DNA of 64,000 nt from an uncultured Candidatus Saccharibacteria bacterium (GCA_964350735.1 CAYGKO010000004.1:19583-83582), one strand, 5' to 3'. Counted from the stretch's first letter, positions 8,852-21,197 are shown. Numbers and translations: made by a program. The notes: a model not told the origin generated them from the sequence alone.

Positions 8852-9682
8852 ATGACCCCACCAGACCTATCAAATTTCTCCATCACTGATCCACACTTCG
8901 CCCTTGCTGACGCCGGTGAGGTTCTTTGGCGTAATACGAGCCAAGAGTTGGAGCTTGCGGTTAAATTTACAGACACTACATTTGCCGGATACGATAAATC
9001 GCATAGAGAAGCTCTGGATAAATCTTGGGGTGCTCTAGCCGCTCGAGCAGAATCTAGTTTACCCCCAGGCGACAAATTTAAATTTTATAACAGCGAGATT
9101 TTGAAGTGGGCTGATTTTGATCCTGCTACCAATACCGTCAGTGTCGAGCGCGGGATGTTTTACAAAGACATTACTGCTGTACGGAGCAAACAGGAAGTCT
9201 ACGACAGCATTCCAGCCGCTGATCGGCCCCGGGCTTTTGTACTCATGAATATTCTGATTACGGCTGACAATAAAATTGTACTGGGTCGACGGCCGTACTT
9301 TGGGGACTGGCCGCATGACCGCTTTGAATGCCCGGGTTCGTTTCTGAAGGAGAAACACGTTGTTGAAAGCTCTTTAGCAGAAGTCGCCAAAAGTCGTGTG
9401 TATGATGACTATAAAAACCACCCTCCCCTACAGACCACACCGCTGCTTATCTGTGACCTGCCTCGTGTCATGGAGACTTTTGCGCTCTACGTAACCCACA
9501 CTAGCATCATTGCTGATCAGCTCGAATCAGACTGCTATACTGACATCCTCACCATTGAAAACTCCCCCGCCGGCTTCGAACAGCTGAAATCACTGCCAAT
9601 CGACCAATTCCACCCACCGTCTAGGACAATGCTGCAGGCGTATTTTGAATCAGAAATAACGCTGAGCGAAGTACGTAACTAA
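8852..9682 (+). CDS. Divergent NUDIX-fold-like protein
   Basis: ILITADNKIVLGRR...ECPGSF resembles the pre-Nudix-box region, but the box itself is degenerate. Confidence 0.5.
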   Translation: MTPPDLSNFSITDPHFALADAGEVLWRNTSQELELAVKFTDTTFAGYDKSHREALDKSWGALAARAESSLPPGDKFKFYNSEILKWADFDPATNTVSVERGMFYKDITAVRSKQEVYDSIPAADRPRAFVLMNILITADNKIVLGRRPYFGDWPHDRFECPGSFLKEKHVVESSLAEVAKSRVYDDYKNHPPLQTTPLLICDLPRVMETFALYVTHTSIIADQLESDCYTDILTIENSPAGFEQLKSLPIDQFHPPSRTMLQAYFESEITLSEVRN

Positions 9683-9689
9683 AGTAAGA

Positions 9690-9717
9690 GGCGCCCACGA
9701 ATTTAATCGCAGGCGCC
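9690..9717. terminator. Hairpin between convergent genes
   Basis: GGCGCCCACGA...TCGCAGGCGCC imperfect inverted repeat. Confidence 0.5.
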
Positions 9718-9725
9718 CAAGTCTT

Positions 9726-10148
9726 TCATGAGTCAAATGACATAGTCAATGTGCCAGAGGCGCATTCTAATTGCAGCCTTGCAATCAGTTTCCAGCGGTC
9801 AGGTACAGCGTCAAAAAGATCCATCCCAAGTACAGCGTCACCATTCCAAATGATACCCCGCTTAGGATACCGCTGGCTCATTTTGCCAGTTTTAGTTCGC
9901 GCACCTGGATACTCGACGTACATTCGTCGCCCACGTTCTTCCCTGACTGGAGCACCAATAGCGCTGCAGCGCTCAAACGCCAGTCGGCCTTGTACCAAGT
10001 TTTCAACCGGGCCTGATTGTATCCCGACCAGCTTGAAAAAATTTCCTTTATTGTCGTTAATGACCTGATTCAACACAAGCCGTGCATCAGCTCTGCCTGC
10101 TCGACGAATTGTCACAGCCCCGATCATTCTTTTTGGATCATCTGTCAT
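9726..10148 (-). CDS. Hypothetical protein
   Basis: 140-aa ORF with AAGGA Shine-Dalgarno-like runs directly upstream. Confidence 0.6.
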   Translation of the reverse strand: MTDDPKRMIGAVTIRRAGRADARLVLNQVINDNKGNFFKLVGIQSGPVENLVQGRLAFERCSAIGAPVREERGRRMYVEYPGARTKTGKMSQRYPKRGIIWNGDAVLGMDLFDAVPDRWKLIARLQLECASGTLTMSFDS

Positions 10149-10263
10149 TCCTTATTCCTTCCTTCAGCTGCAAACTAACTACTCATTTTATGACAAAAAA
10201 ATACACTCCTGTCAATCATCCCCGGGACAACATCTAAACTTACGCTAATCTTACTACCGATTA

Positions 10264-10764
10264 CTACTGGTACAAAAACATTGAATCTCCTACCCATACA
10301 TGGACAAAAAGAATTGCCAGAGCAACCAGCAAAGCTGGGAACAGTAATCGTGGTTCCCATTTGATAAGTAAGAATCCTAATACTACAGCAATCTGATCAG
10401 CTATCAGTCGATTCAGAAAGGTTTCTTCACCAGCAAACCAATTGGCTAAAAACGAAATGTCAGACAGCTCTATGTAATGTTCGATAATTTCCCAACCGAA
10501 AGAGACCAGTAGCAACAGCATGATGGGATGGTGAAAATTAACCGATCGCAAAGATATGGTGAAATACGCCAACACTGCACCAGTAGCAACGTGTGTAATA
10601 GTCCAGATATCAAAAATACTATCCTGCTTATGGCCAAACAGATTAATATCAGAAATAACCCAAGCAACTAAAGAAATCATTAACCCCATTAGAATTAAAT
10701 AGATTTCAGGTCGAAAAGAATAGTGATCCTTCTCTGAAAAAATAACCTCGCGCCAAGACTTCAT
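10264..10764 (-). CDS. Integral membrane protein (DUF2585/VanZ-like)
   Basis: About five TMs with DxWxxxH...WE..E...D pattern. Confidence 0.6.
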   Translation of the reverse strand: MKSWREVIFSEKDHYSFRPEIYLILMGLMISLVAWVISDINLFGHKQDSIFDIWTITHVATGAVLAYFTISLRSVNFHHPIMLLLLVSFGWEIIEHYIELSDISFLANWFAGEETFLNRLIADQIAVVLGFLLIKWEPRLLFPALLVALAILFVHVWVGDSMFLYQ

Positions 10765-10773
10765 GAATCTGCA

Positions 10774-11667
10774 CTATGACATCGCACGTAATCGAGCAAT
10801 CCGGTCCTGTGCCGGTGGGTGGGTTTGGAAGAGACCACCAATTTTTTGCATAAAGCTACGCTTCTCGCCCTCAGCAAACGGATCTGAGATAAATAAGTGG
10901 GCCGTAGCGTGGCTACGCTTCTGCATTGGACGCGCTGCCCCAGAAATCTTTTCAAGCGCTGAAGCGAGTCCTTCCGGGTAGCGCGTTAGGAGCGCTCCCG
11001 TGGCATCAGCTAGATACTCCCGCTTACGGGAGATGGTCATCTGGATCATCTGAGCTGCCAGTGGCGCGAGGATAATCCCGACGATCCCCAAAACAAGAAA
11101 GGCTGGATGTCGATCACGTCCATCGCCACCAAACAAGAAGGCTCGGGATAAGAAGTCAGCCAGGATAGCCACGAAGCCTGCTAGCACTACGGCTACGGTC
11201 ATCACCAACATGTCGCGGTTGCCGACGTGCGCCAGCTCGTGCGCCATCACGCCTTCAATTTCATTACGGTCAAGCATCTCTAGTAGACCGGTAGTCGCTG
11301 CCACCACTGCGTGTTCGGGGTTTCTTCCGGTCGCAAACGCATTCGGCGCCGGGTCGTTTACCACGTACACCTTTGGCATGGGAAGGCCAGCAGTGATAGA
11401 CAGGTTCTCTACGATATTGATTAGCTCGCGGTGCTGGTTCAGATCAGCCTCTACGGCACCCGTCATCTTAAGTACCATCTTGTCAGAGTAATAATAACTA
11501 TAGAAATTCATCCCGAAGGCAAAGATCACCGCTCCATAGAGAATGATTGGATTTCCCATGTACCACGCTGCTGCGTAGCCAATTGCGATCACAAACGCCA
11601 AAAACCCACCCATCAAGAGATAGGTTTTGAAAATATTGCTACTTTGTTGAGTATATAACGTGGCCAT
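10774..11667 (-). CDS. htpX: Zinc metalloprotease HtpX (M48)
   Basis: PNAFATGRNP, HELAH zinc motif, ISRKREYLAD, THPP. Confidence 0.95.
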   Translation of the reverse strand: MATLYTQQSSNIFKTYLLMGGFLAFVIAIGYAAAWYMGNPIILYGAVIFAFGMNFYSYYYSDKMVLKMTGAVEADLNQHRELINIVENLSITAGLPMPKVYVVNDPAPNAFATGRNPEHAVVAATTGLLEMLDRNEIEGVMAHELAHVGNRDMLVMTVAVVLAGFVAILADFLSRAFLFGGDGRDRHPAFLVLGIVGIILAPLAAQMIQMTISRKREYLADATGALLTRYPEGLASALEKISGAARPMQKRSHATAHLFISDPFAEGEKRSFMQKIGGLFQTHPPAQDRIARLRAMS

Positions 11668-11673
11668 ATTAAT

Positions 11674-12192
11674 TTATACGCTTTCTAATTGAGAATTATT
11701 TCCAATCTTAAAAAATCGGCCTAAATACCAGGCTACTATCACCAAAAATCCCGCACCATTAAATACATCGAGATATGTTACTTGATCAGACGCTATGTCA
11801 GGCATGAGAGCGGCATACACAATGATTGTGACCCCTATGTACGGTATTGCTATAAAAAACAGTACCCGAAACGTGGCAGCAACATAAATAACAACATATT
11901 TTTCGATAAATGATGTGTCTGTTGCGTGTAGATGATTGAAGTAGAAGATTGGCAAAATCATGCCAGCAATTCCTACGAGCGTTAGCAGTAGCTCAATACT
12001 CCACGGTTCAGCAAGTCCCATAAACCGAGATCCTTCATACCCGACCACCATAATGAGTGACCAGGCGACAAAATACGACAACCGCTCAGACTGGGACATG
12101 ACCCCTGTCTCAAGCCGGACCACTGCTTTAGTAGGACTCCAAAACGCCCTGTGCCAAAATTTTACTGTTTGTTCACTTTGTTGATCAAGCAT
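11674..12192 (-). CDS. Hypothetical membrane protein
   Basis: Four hydrophobic segments, tightly packed in the lemA-htpX run. Confidence 0.65.
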   Translation of the reverse strand: MLDQQSEQTVKFWHRAFWSPTKAVVRLETGVMSQSERLSYFVAWSLIMVVGYEGSRFMGLAEPWSIELLLTLVGIAGMILPIFYFNHLHATDTSFIEKYVVIYVAATFRVLFFIAIPYIGVTIIVYAALMPDIASDQVTYLDVFNGAGFLVIVAWYLGRFFKIGNNSQLESV

Positions 12193-12196
12193 GTAT

Positions 12197-12571
12197 TTAG
12201 CCTTTTATCCCCTGTGGTGACTCGTTACTCTCGTACGTCTTATCATCAGACCAATGCAAGAAGCAGCGTTTTTCATAGGTACCTTTAGCTGCAATGTTTT
12301 TATCCATCGCTTGGCGGACATCTTCTTCGGTAAATTGCAGATATTCATTGAGGGTATCGAGTACCAACATCAAGTCAGAGAACTCTTCCAAGAAATCTTC
12401 TTTCGTCCGCACCATTGAAAGTGCTTTGGCCTCTTCTACCACTTTTTTCATAAGTTCTTGGTGGAACTCGTCATTATCAACGATTGGTCGAACATCACAC
12501 AGCTCACCTTTACCAAGAATAATATCTTGGATGTTATCTCGAATTAATTTATTGTAGTAGATTTTTGCCAT
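12197..12571 (-). CDS. MazG-like nucleoside triphosphate pyrophosphohydrolase
   Basis: YNKLIRDNI...KVVEEA...LEEFSDL pattern. Confidence 0.8.
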   Translation of the reverse strand: MAKIYYNKLIRDNIQDIILGKGELCDVRPIVDNDEFHQELMKKVVEEAKALSMVRTKEDFLEEFSDLMLVLDTLNEYLQFTEEDVRQAMDKNIAAKGTYEKRCFLHWSDDKTYESNESPQGIKG

Positions 12572-12573
12572 AT

Positions 12574-13527
12574 TTATTGATTAGGCGGAGTAACGTTTGA
12601 AGTACTTGGGTCGGGACTAGCAGGAACGGTCGTGCTGACAGTAGACCCACCTGCACCAGGCTGGGTGTTTTTGCGAACGAGCATCTTTTCGAGCAGTTCT
12701 GGATTGAAGTTAGTTGGAACAGTTTGTTCGGTTGCGTAGATATACAAGAGCGTCCGCAGAATACCAGACATTGCCGACGCGATCAGTCCCATGACAAGGA
12801 ACCAAACCAGCAAAAATCCTAATGATACAAAGGCCAAAATCTCTATTCCGCTGGCAAAGAAAAAGAAGGCCAGACCACCGAGCGAGCAGATAGCGAGAAG
12901 ATGTAGCCCAAGAAAGACGAGTCCGTACGATATATTACTCACAAACGCTTCACCCCAAGTTTGTTTGAAAACCCGCGCTGAAGTACCGATTGACTGAAAG
13001 GCTGAATGATTGCTAATAACCATCGCTGGGACCACGAAGTACGTTAGTACTGCCCAGACTGCCCCAAAGATCATGGCGACAATCTTGCCGAGAATTTCAG
13101 ATCGTTCAGAGATAACGCGCAAGACAATCCCAACTGTACTGGTGATAAGTGACCATAAAAACAGTGATCCCCAGTGCGAAAAGGCCACCTTGAGTGATTC
13201 ACCAAGCGTAGCGTCTCCTCCGTGGGCTCTGGTGTATACCGTATGAGCCGTGGCTGCTTGCGCTAGCGCCAGCGTAAACGCTCCAATCACATAACATAAG
13301 AATAGGAAACCGATACTTACGAGGGAATTTTCTGAAGCCAGAATGTCGGTAGTGAGCACTATAAGAGTAATCAAAACTCCAAACAGCAACAAATTCAGCA
13401 CTCCGGTAACAATCGGGATTAAAAGTAGCTCTTTATCTAACATCAGAAACCGCCAGGTTTCTTTGAACAAAATCCACCCCGCCTTTATTCTTCCAACTGG
13501 TTCCCCTCCTAAGGTTACTTTTGCCAT
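12574..13527 (-). CDS. Multi-pass membrane protein (DUF6159-like)
   Basis: Six to seven TMs, TYFVVPAMV...FKQTWGE motif. Confidence 0.7.
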   Translation of the reverse strand: MAKVTLGGEPVGRIKAGWILFKETWRFLMLDKELLLIPIVTGVLNLLLFGVLITLIVLTTDILASENSLVSIGFLFLCYVIGAFTLALAQAATAHTVYTRAHGGDATLGESLKVAFSHWGSLFLWSLITSTVGIVLRVISERSEILGKIVAMIFGAVWAVLTYFVVPAMVISNHSAFQSIGTSARVFKQTWGEAFVSNISYGLVFLGLHLLAICSLGGLAFFFFASGIEILAFVSLGFLLVWFLVMGLIASAMSGILRTLLYIYATEQTVPTNFNPELLEKMLVRKNTQPGAGGSTVSTTVPASPDPSTSNVTPPNQ

Positions 13528-13532
13528 AGCGT

Positions 13533-14108
13533 TTAGAAGTTTACTTTGACGTTTTCCCGTTCTTCACTCCCCTCTTCTAGCTCAAAGTAAGGCTCTTCCT
13601 TGAAGCCAAACATATTTCCAATAATATTGCTTGGGAATGACTGGAGGCCAATTACCAAGTCACGAACATTGGTGTTATAGAACCGTCGGGCTGCCTGGAT
13701 CTTGTTTTCTGTATCTGCGAGCTCAGTCTGTAGCTGGGCAAAGTTAGTATTTGCTTTCAGGTCTGGGTAGGCTTCAGCGATTGCCAAGAGACCCCCAAGT
13801 GCACCAGTCAAAGCAGACTCAGCACCAGCCATCGCAGTAATCTGCTCTGGAGTCACGTTAGACGGGTCGACGTTCGTCTGGGTTGCCTTCGCCCGAGCAT
13901 CAGTTACTGCTTGCAACGCTTCCCGTTCATGCGCTGCGTACCCTTTCACCGTCTCGATCAAGTTTGGGATGAGGTCATATCGACGCTTGAGTTGTACGTC
14001 AATATCCGCCCACGCCTCTTTCGTTCGTTGAGTAAGTTTTACAAAATTGTTGTACGCATAGATAACGTACAACACCACAACAGCAATAATTCCAATTCCA
14101 ATCCACAT
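13533..14108 (-). CDS. lemA: LemA family protein
   Basis: WADIDVQLKRRYDLIPNL, EAYPDLKAN, ENKIQAARRFYN. Confidence 0.95.
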   Translation of the reverse strand: MWIGIGIIAVVVLYVIYAYNNFVKLTQRTKEAWADIDVQLKRRYDLIPNLIETVKGYAAHEREALQAVTDARAKATQTNVDPSNVTPEQITAMAGAESALTGALGGLLAIAEAYPDLKANTNFAQLQTELADTENKIQAARRFYNTNVRDLVIGLQSFPSNIIGNMFGFKEEPYFELEEGSEERENVKVNF

Positions 14109-14198
14109 AAAATTCCAAGTTTAGTCGATAATACGTTTATTTTATCATAAAAAACTAATTACATTGTCACAGCCACATAATCTGGTATGTTTATATTC

Positions 14199-15446
14199 AT
14201 GAAAAAAATAGCCATCATAGGTGCTGGTATCACAGGGATCAGTGCTCTACACTTATTAAAAAAGTACTCGGACTATGACGTTACTTTGTTTGAGAAGGAA
14301 GATCGTATTGGCGGACATGCAAACCCTGTGTGGGTAGGAAACCAGTATGTAGACACTGCATTCATGGTTTACAACCAAGAAATGTATCCAAATCTAATAC
14401 ATTTTTTTCATGAACTCGGAGTTGAAAAAATTAACAGCAATATGTCAATTGCTGCCGAAGATAAAAACACTGGTATATGCTATTCATCTGATGACGTGTG
14501 GTCAAAATTTTGGTATTCACCTAGTCATTTTAAAATCTTATTTAGTTCACTCCGGTTTTACCGAAAAGTTAAACATGATTTAGCTCAAAATATGATTGAT
14601 CCTGAGATTAGTATTCGGGAATATATAAATCAAAACAATTTTAACGACAATCCCGGAGTTAATCACATGATTTTGCCGCTAGTTGCAGCGATCTGGAGTC
14701 AGCTCGACAGTAAAATTTATGATGTTTCAGCAAAATCTATCTTTGACTTCTTCAACAATCATAAACTCATGAGTGCAAAACAACCTGTCTGGTTTACCCC
14801 TGCCAACAGATCAGATGCCTACCTCAAAGCCATTGAAGACCTCTATGCTGCAGATATTGTTACAAATGCCCAAGTAGAAAGTGTTTCTGGAGTTAACAGA
14901 AAAAAAGTTTCTTATCGGAAAAATCAAACCCTTACAGAGACTGAGTTTGACATCGTAATATTTTCCACCCACTCTGACCAAACACTCGCTGTCGCTAAAT
15001 CGCTTAACCCCACTATCTGTCGGACATTGGCCAATATTCCTTACACAAGCAACAGAACGGTTCTCCACACAGACGAAAAAATGATGCCCACAGACAAACA
15101 GAAATGGTCTGCCTGGAATGTTGTCGCGGAGGGAGAACAGTCGATGTGTAGTTACTGGTTAAATAAACTACAAGCCCTTGATTCTGGAACGGACTACATC
15201 GTCACCCTTAATCCCACAGTAGATTTAGACAAAGAAAAAGTGATCGCTGAATTTGACTTCGCCCATCCAAAATTTGGACCCAAAACAGCAGAATCACAAA
15301 AAAATGTCCACGACGCCCAAGGAAAAGACGGATATTATTTTGCTGGAGCCTGGTTACGTGACGGATTTCACGAAGATGGAATCTGGAGTGCAGTCACCTG
15401 TGTAAAAGCACTTGGCGTAAACTTACCAGAAGAATACAAGACATAG
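14199..15446 (+). CDS. FAD-dependent oxidoreductase, cfa-associated amine oxidase-like family
   Basis: IIGAGITG Rossmann motif, RIGGHA, VDTAFMVYN..YPN, WSAWN, GAWLRDGFHEDG. Confidence 0.88.
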   Translation: MKKIAIIGAGITGISALHLLKKYSDYDVTLFEKEDRIGGHANPVWVGNQYVDTAFMVYNQEMYPNLIHFFHELGVEKINSNMSIAAEDKNTGICYSSDDVWSKFWYSPSHFKILFSSLRFYRKVKHDLAQNMIDPEISIREYINQNNFNDNPGVNHMILPLVAAIWSQLDSKIYDVSAKSIFDFFNNHKLMSAKQPVWFTPANRSDAYLKAIEDLYAADIVTNAQVESVSGVNRKKVSYRKNQTLTETEFDIVIFSTHSDQTLAVAKSLNPTICRTLANIPYTSNRTVLHTDEKMMPTDKQKWSAWNVVAEGEQSMCSYWLNKLQALDSGTDYIVTLNPTVDLDKEKVIAEFDFAHPKFGPKTAESQKNVHDAQGKDGYYFAGAWLRDGFHEDGIWSAVTCVKALGVNLPEEYKT

Positions 15447-15449
15447 TGT

Positions 15450-16562
15450 ATGCTAAACAAAATTGCCAAACAACACATCGAAAACCTCCTTGAGGAGGCG
15501 AACATCACAGTTGGTGGCTCATCACCTGGTGACATAGAAATACACGACGAATCAGTATACAAACGCATTCTGTTTGGTGGTCTTTTGGCTATCGGTGAAT
15601 CCTACACCGATAAGCAGTGGGACTCTAACGATCTGGTTGCTACCATTGAAAAACTAATAACGTCAGGGCTAGACGAGAGAAAGATTTCCCTAGATCCTTC
15701 CTTTTTTTTATGGAAATCTACTCTGATTAATCTTCAGAAGAAATCGCGTTCGTTTGAAGTTGGGACCGCTCATTACGATCTTGGCAATGAATTATACGAA
15801 CTCATGTTAGGAGGCACACATATGCAGTACACTTGCGGTATCTGGAATCATGGTGCCGCAGATCTAAACGAGGCTCAAATGGAAAAAATGGATCATGTCT
15901 GCAAAACTTTGGATCTCAAGCCTGGCAAGCGTTTACTCGATGTCGGTTGTGGCTGGGGTGGTCTAATGAAATTTGCGTCTGAAAATTATGGGATTGAATG
16001 TGTTGGTATTTCTGTATCAAAAGAGCAAACTAGTTGGGCTCGAGAGAGCTTTGGCGATTTGCCATGTGAAATTACTATCACAGACTACCGTGATTTTTAT
16101 GACGACGCTGGATTTGACTATGTCACTAGTATCGAAATGATAGAAGCTGTTGGACCAAAAAACTTCCACGTGTTCTTCAAAAAAATGCACAGTCTACTGA
16201 AAACAGACGGTAAATTTTTACTCCAAGCGATCGTAAGCGCCTATGATACACCCGAGACGAATCCTTGGTTTGATAAATACATATTTCCGAACGGCATCTT
16301 TCCTGCTGCTCACCAGCTACAGACGGCTAGTTACGGCTTATTTCACTGGGATAAAATGGAAGACTTCGGAACTGACTATGAAACCACCCTTAGAGCGTGG
16401 TGGTCAAATCTTGACAGTGGCTACGAAACTTTAAGAAAAATTGACCCAAAAAAGTACAACGACAATCTCTACCGGATTTTTAAGTTTTACTTACTTTCGA
16501 TGGCCGCAAACGCCAAAGTTCGTCGCATGTATGACTGGCAACTTCTAATGACCAAACGCTGA
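15450..16562 (+). CDS. cfa: Cyclopropane-fatty-acyl-phospholipid synthase family methyltransferase
   Basis: AHYDLGNELY, MQYTC, LLDVGCGWGG, SIEMIEAVG, KYIFPNG, YETTLRAW. Confidence 0.92.
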   Translation: MLNKIAKQHIENLLEEANITVGGSSPGDIEIHDESVYKRILFGGLLAIGESYTDKQWDSNDLVATIEKLITSGLDERKISLDPSFFLWKSTLINLQKKSRSFEVGTAHYDLGNELYELMLGGTHMQYTCGIWNHGAADLNEAQMEKMDHVCKTLDLKPGKRLLDVGCGWGGLMKFASENYGIECVGISVSKEQTSWARESFGDLPCEITITDYRDFYDDAGFDYVTSIEMIEAVGPKNFHVFFKKMHSLLKTDGKFLLQAIVSAYDTPETNPWFDKYIFPNGIFPAAHQLQTASYGLFHWDKMEDFGTDYETTLRAWWSNLDSGYETLRKIDPKKYNDNLYRIFKFYLLSMAANAKVRRMYDWQLLMTKR

Positions 16563-16590
16563 CCTAGCTAATAAAACAGTCATGATTAGA

Positions 16591-17358
16591 CTACTTGCAC
16601 ACCTTCGACTGTTCCCAAATGGTCATATACATCGCGCGCATCATGTTGGCGTGTTCGGCGGATTGGAAGATAGCGGCGTTATTCTTTTCTTTGGGGGCGA
16701 TATACATGACTGAGTCGTCGTAGATAAAAATGGTGGTTTGGAACTGCCCCATCATGGTTTTGGGTAAGATGCGGATCTCGGCGGTGTTTTGGTAGAACTT
16801 TTCAATAATCTCGGGCGCAATTGGCTCTTCCCAGAGGTGCTTGGAGGTAATCCCCCGCTTCTTGCGCTCGGCCACGTAGCGCGTGGCGAAGTCAAAGCCG
16901 GTTTGGAAAAAGAAGTTATTGATCGGGGCGATCGACATGATGTGCTTATCCTTGCAGTACAAACTATTAAAGACAATCCGTTCAATCGCTTGCTGATCTT
17001 CGAAGTACGTAATCCGCGGTCGATCCTCATCAATCATTTCATCTTCTGAATGCGCGATAAATTCTTCGAGCGCGGCTTCGGTTTCAAGCAGCGCCTTTCG
17101 TTCTTTGGCCAGAATGTCACGCAGACGACTGAGGTCAGTCACCTGCCAGCGGTTATACTCGCCCACCTGAATCCGACCCACCAAGCCACGCTGCTCGAGA
17201 CTGTTCATGGCGTGATAGACCGATGGTCGCTTCATGCCGGTTTGGACCATAATATCCTTCACCTTCACATTGCCATTAATCATCGTTAAAAAGACGGTGA
17301 TTTCGGAGTCTTTGAGGCCGAGCTGCTTAAGCAAAGCCTGGTATTCGAGGTTTTCCAT
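16591..17358 (-). CDS. TrmB-family transcriptional regulator
   Basis: LKQLGLKDSEITVF...RPSVYHAMNSLEQRGLV winged HTH plus PLD-like C-terminal domain. Start taken at MENLEY. Confidence 0.85.
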   Translation of the reverse strand: MENLEYQALLKQLGLKDSEITVFLTMINGNVKVKDIMVQTGMKRPSVYHAMNSLEQRGLVGRIQVGEYNRWQVTDLSRLRDILAKERKALLETEAALEEFIAHSEDEMIDEDRPRITYFEDQQAIERIVFNSLYCKDKHIMSIAPINNFFFQTGFDFATRYVAERKKRGITSKHLWEEPIAPEIIEKFYQNTAEIRILPKTMMGQFQTTIFIYDDSVMYIAPKEKNNAAIFQSAEHANMMRAMYMTIWEQSKVCK

Positions 17359-17458
17359 AATTGTATAATGAATATACAACAATATAGTACAAATTACTAT
17401 TCCCCCGTATCTTGGTACGTAGAAGAGAAAGTTCATTCACAAGAGAAGGAGACACGTT

Positions 17459-18124
17459 ATGCGTGACACTAATGAAATCGTCTTGAACGATGTTATGCGG
17501 TCCGTTGCCTTTATCAGCTCTAAGCTGCAGCAGCGTGTCCGTCATCCGAACCTCGTCGCCTCACTGCTTGAAAAGGTGGTTGGTGAATACGATGACTTGA
17601 CCCGTGACTACCACGGCGTTGGTCACCTGGACTACGGCTTTGAGTGGCTGCAGCGACTGGAGAAGTACCTTACCGATCCAGCCATGCTCAACCTCATCTG
17701 GCTGAACCATGATCGCTATTGGGCCTACGGTTGCTCTCAGAATGAATTCTGGAGTGGCAAGATGGCTGTCGTTGACGCGACGCAGTTTGGTATGAACGGA
17801 AAAGACCTGGCGGTCTTGGACGCTGGTATCAACGCTACGAAGCATCATCTGGTTCCGGGTGATTATCCCGGTCAGATCGAAGATCTGAAGATCTTGCTCG
17901 ACATTGACTTGTCAGGCCTCGGGGCACCGCTCGAAGACTTCATGCGGACCAATGCAGCCGTGCGAGCTGAAGCTGGCAACACCAGCGAAGCAGACATCGT
18001 CTCTGGTCAGCGGAAGTTTGCGCTCAGTATGCTTGAGCGCAATCAGATCTTCCAGACTCGTCACTTCGCCGACCGCGAAGCTCAGGCGCGCAGCAACTTG
18101 CAGCTGCTCGTTGACGCGGCATAA
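17459..18124 (+). CDS. HD-superfamily metal-dependent phosphohydrolase
   Basis: RDYHGVGH, NHD, NE..S, ATKHH, LLDIDLSGLG, VRAE. AAGGAG SD upstream. Confidence 0.85.
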   Translation: MRDTNEIVLNDVMRSVAFISSKLQQRVRHPNLVASLLEKVVGEYDDLTRDYHGVGHLDYGFEWLQRLEKYLTDPAMLNLIWLNHDRYWAYGCSQNEFWSGKMAVVDATQFGMNGKDLAVLDAGINATKHHLVPGDYPGQIEDLKILLDIDLSGLGAPLEDFMRTNAAVRAEAGNTSEADIVSGQRKFALSMLERNQIFQTRHFADREAQARSNLQLLVDAA

Positions 18125-18140
18125 CACCACCTTCACCAAT

Positions 18141-18178
18141 GCGTGAGCCCTACTACTTTGGGCTCACGCTTTTCTTTT
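18141..18178 (+). terminator. Intrinsic terminator
   Basis: GCGTGAGCCC-loop-GGGCTCACGC followed by a T-rich tract. Confidence 0.75.
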
Positions 18179-18791
18179 AATCTTTTATCAGTAGTGTCTT
18201 GGCGAATCGATACAAGACGTAGGCATTTATAATATGCCAAAAGATATGAAGGCCGTGACCGCCTGTAATTTCGCAGTACGCAAGATCAAGCTGTCGCATA
18301 GTCAGCGAGAATGCAAAGATGCATAAAGTAACAAAGAAATATCGGGCCTGCACTGGATTGGTTTTATATAAAAAGAAGCTAACCACCAGAGCAAACGCCA
18401 AGGCTGCGCCATAACCAGCACCGACCTGAATCACCACCGGGCCAAACACTGACGTCAGTACAAATACCATCATCACCAATAAACGCTGCCAGCGTGGGAC
18501 AATCATTTGCTGCAGCAAAAACCATAGAAACGTGAGTAAAAATAGTTGAATTGGAATCACATCAAGCGCCAAAGACCACGGCTCACGGAAGAAGTGCCAA
18601 AGTCCACTCCCTACTCCGACTGCTGCCAGGATACCGGCTAGTATCAGCACTTGCCGATGATGCTTGCCCTCGCCAACATCTCTAGTGAGACGCCAGATAT
18701 AATAGGCCCCTACAATAAAAGCCAAATTTGAAATCGTATTCAAAGGCTCAAAGACATTCCCCCAGATTGGTAACTCGCAGTAGAGTGGCAT
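18177..18791 (-). CDS. Ceramidase-domain (CREST superfamily) membrane hydrolase
   Basis: YCE...EPLNTISNLAF, GSGLWH, LDVIPI, HIFWH, about seven TMs. Start taken at MPLYCE with TGGTATACT 8 nt upstream. Confidence 0.82.
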   Translation of the reverse strand: MPLYCELPIWGNVFEPLNTISNLAFIVGAYYIWRLTRDVGEGKHHRQVLILAGILAAVGVGSGLWHFFREPWSLALDVIPIQLFLLTFLWFLLQQMIVPRWQRLLVMMVFVLTSVFGPVVIQVGAGYGAALAFALVVSFFLYKTNPVQARYFFVTLCIFAFSLTMRQLDLAYCEITGGHGLHIFWHIINAYVLYRFAKTLLIKD

Positions 18792-18810
18792 AATGCACAA
18801 GTATACCAAA

Positions 18811-18839
18811 ACAAAAAGCGCCTTAAGGGCGCTTTTTGT
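18811..18839. terminator. Bidirectional terminator-like hairpin
   Basis: ACAAAAAGCGCC-TTAAG-GGCGCTTTTTGT. Confidence 0.7.
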
Positions 18840-18857
18840 TTAATCTACCTTCTGCAC

Positions 18858-19082
18858 TACATCCCCATCCCCAGCGTCAGATTTCTAAACTCGCTTCATT
18901 GGTTAAGAATCTTCTGCATGACCTCGTGGTTTTGCTATTAGAACAACCAAGGCATCACTCTCTGGCTCAATGGGAATGTAAAAATCTCTGCAGATACGCG
19001 GCACACAAGAAAAAAGATCCGAGTGGGGCACGTGCCCAGCAAGGATCTTTTTTCGTAGTGCAACAAAGTAGCTGCTAGATTT
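18858..19082 (-). repeat. Structured element downstream of groEL with inverted and direct copies of the groEL 3' end
   Basis: 18-nt perfect inverted copy (18970..18987 vs 19077..19094) and 14/16 direct copy (18858..18873 vs 19084..19099). Confidence 0.6.
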
Positions 19083-21072
<1,990 letters not shown>

Positions 21073-21169
21073 ACGTACAGTTACAAAGATTATTATGTAA
21101 TTAAATCTACTTTCCCTATCCATTGCCTCACGTCACCAAAACACGTCATCATTCCCGTGATGCGGCACT

Positions 21170-21197
21170 ATTATACTGCAGCTGCGAGAGGTTGCAA
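21170..21197 (-). promoter_or_regulatory. Candidate sigma70 promoter for groESL
   Basis: TTGCAA-N16-TATAAT on the minus strand about 100 nt upstream of groES. Confidence 0.5.
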
